In this document: in pieces, positions 44,516-45,388 of the stretch | Position numbering within the stretch: position 1 is the stretch's first letter | Layout of the letters: each line of letters begins with the position of its first letter | The notes under the pieces: generated by a model | Seen by the model: only the letters and a program-made list of their open reading frames with translations | What the model was told of the DNA's origin: nothing | Database searches by the model: none | Translations under genes and position numbers: made by a program | IMG/VR virus record: IMGVR_UViG_3300005713_000002 | Location: 1 to 45,388 of that record | Length of the DNA stretch: 45,388 bases | DNA from: a virus | Lineage: Duplodnaviria; Caudoviricetes | Reading direction: 5' to 3' (one strand)

Positions 44516-44764
44516 ATGCCGCGCACACGCAAGACGGCGCTGGAGATCATGGGGGAGATTGGGCATCGCGTCTATGACCTGCGCCGGTATGACGAACACG
44601 ACGTGATCACGGCGGTGGTGTTGCTCCGGACGGTGAACGGTCCCTTGTTCGACTGGCTGATGCAGATGCTCCTCGCCGGGAGTCTGATCGACGGGACGGC
44701 TCCAGCGGTCGGCGCGGTAGATCCCCATGCGCCTGATACGGGAACGCCGTCCCCGCGCGAGTGA
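44516..44764 (+). CDS. Hypothetical protein
   Basis: GAGGTG RBS. Confidence 0.6.
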   Translation: MPRTRKTALEIMGEIGHRVYDLRRYDEHDVITAVVLLRTVNGPLFDWLMQMLLAGSLIDGTAPAVGAVDPHAPDTGTPSPRE

Positions 44765-44767
44765 GTG

Positions 44768-45022
44768 ATGCGCGGCCTCTTCACGTATCTCACGCTCGGC
44801 CGCGCGGTCTACCGCCTGCTGCGGGAGCGCTTCCCCGAGGTGGACGACGTGCCGCTCGACGACGTGCTGGTGGTGGTCACCGAGCTCCTGACGACCCCGG
44901 CGACCCTGGACGAGGCGATGGTCTGCGCCGAGGTCGTGCCGGGGCACCTGGCCCCCACGCGCGCCGGGACGACCGACTACCGGCTGGTGGTGCGGCTGCC
45001 CCCGCCGGAGGGCGAGGCGTGA
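44768..45022 (+). CDS. Hypothetical protein
   Basis: In-operon ORF; its stop overlaps the MTase GTG. Confidence 0.6.
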   Translation: MRGLFTYLTLGRAVYRLLRERFPEVDDVPLDDVLVVVTELLTTPATLDEAMVCAEVVPGHLAPTRAGTTDYRLVVRLPPPEGEA

Positions 45023-45388
45023 CGCGCCGGCTGACCGTGGGGTCGCTCTTCTCGGGAATCGGCGGCTTCGATCTTGGCCTGCAGAGGGCCGGCTTCGAGA
45101 TCACGTGGCAGGTCGAGATTGACGCTTGGTGTACCAAGGTCCTGGCCAAGCACTGGCCGGAGGTGCGGCGCTATGCCGATGTCCGACACGTCCACGGGCC
45201 GCTGGCCCACGCCGCGCACGACGGATGGCGAGCGGGGGGGCCGGGGGGGCCGGGGGGGCCGGGGGGACCTGCTCGCGAAGGTGCGGGGCTACGAGATGAA
45301 ACACAACGGGACGCGGCGCATGTGGCCGACGCCGAACGCCAAGGACGGCGAACAGGGCAGCAACCGAACAGGGCGATCCACACCGGCG
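45019..45388 (+). CDS. DNA (cytosine-5) methyltransferase alpha frame, N-terminal part (continues at 41-1125)
   Basis: Manual translation: VTRRLTVGSLFSGIGGFDLGLQRAGFEITWQVEIDAWCTKVLAKHWPEVRRYADV (motifs I-III). Absent from the ORF track because it runs off the end. Confidence 0.9.
   Translation, partial: MTRRLTVGSLFSGIGGFDLGLQRAGFEITWQVEIDAWCTKVLAKHWPEVRRYADVRHVHGPLAHAAHDGWRAGGPGGPGGPGGPAREGAGLRDETQRDAAHVADAERQGRRTGQQPNRAIHTG
45173..45388 (+). CDS. Overlapping beta-frame MTase partner, N-terminal part (continues at 41-967; ~380 aa total)
   Basis: GGAGGTG 7 nt before ATG 45173; reads MPMSDTSTGRWPTPRTTDGERGG...MWPTPNAKDG. Confidence 0.65.
   Translation, partial: MPMSDTSTGRWPTPRTTDGERGGRGGRGGRGDLLAKVRGYEMKHNGTRRMWPTPNAKDGEQGSNRTGRSTPA
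45234..45266 (+). repeat. (G7CC)3G6 tract, G-quadruplex-capable simple sequence repeat
   Basis: GGGGGGGCC x3 then GGGGGG, read directly from the sequence. Confidence 0.9.
45349..45388. repeat. Terminal 40-bp direct repeat (copy 2)
   Basis: Identical to 1-40. Confidence 0.95.

Larger units (their letters stand above)
1..45388. mobile_element. Complete temperate phage genome (BPP-1/epsilon15-like podovirus architecture), circular contig
   Basis: Packaging, head, short-tail, ejection, integration, repressor, recombination and replication modules are all present. The ends overlap by 40 bp and one gene reads in frame across the junction. Confidence 0.95.

Overview
The window is a complete, circularly assembled, GC-rich temperate podovirus-like phage genome. 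Bases 1-40 are identical to 45349-45388, so the unique length is 45,348 bp. The virion module resembles BPP-1/epsilon15: terS, terL, portal, scaffold, major capsid, Bbp16-like cement, adaptor, nozzle, three ejection proteins (one of 3112 aa) and a collagen/S74-chaperone tail fibre. It is followed by small accessory genes, a probable attP, a tyrosine integrase, a CI/Cro switch, Sak4-like plus exonuclease recombination genes and an iteron-containing replication initiator. Several putative DNA-modification enzymes are present: TGT/DpdA-like with DUF6884-like, PAPS-reductase-like, Mom-like, and a C5 methyltransferase spanning the assembly junction. The most unusual signals are five. (1) A non-coding minus-strand array of GGY-NN pentamers (33282-33367) with its own candidate promoter and 3' hairpin, beside attP; it looks like a guide-type RNA with no recognisable effector gene in the genome. 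(2) A methyltransferase encoded in two overlapping frames, with a WPTP-repeat partner and a slippage-prone (G7CC)3G6 tract. (3) Two +1-frame genes nested inside the giant ejection gene. (4) A three-promoter regulon sharing one palindromic operator next to a 64-aa basic protein. (5) A ~675-aa beta-rich domain fused to the tail adaptor. No endolysin, tRNA, CRISPR array or reverse transcriptase was recognised. All family assignments come from motif recognition by eye; no searches were run.
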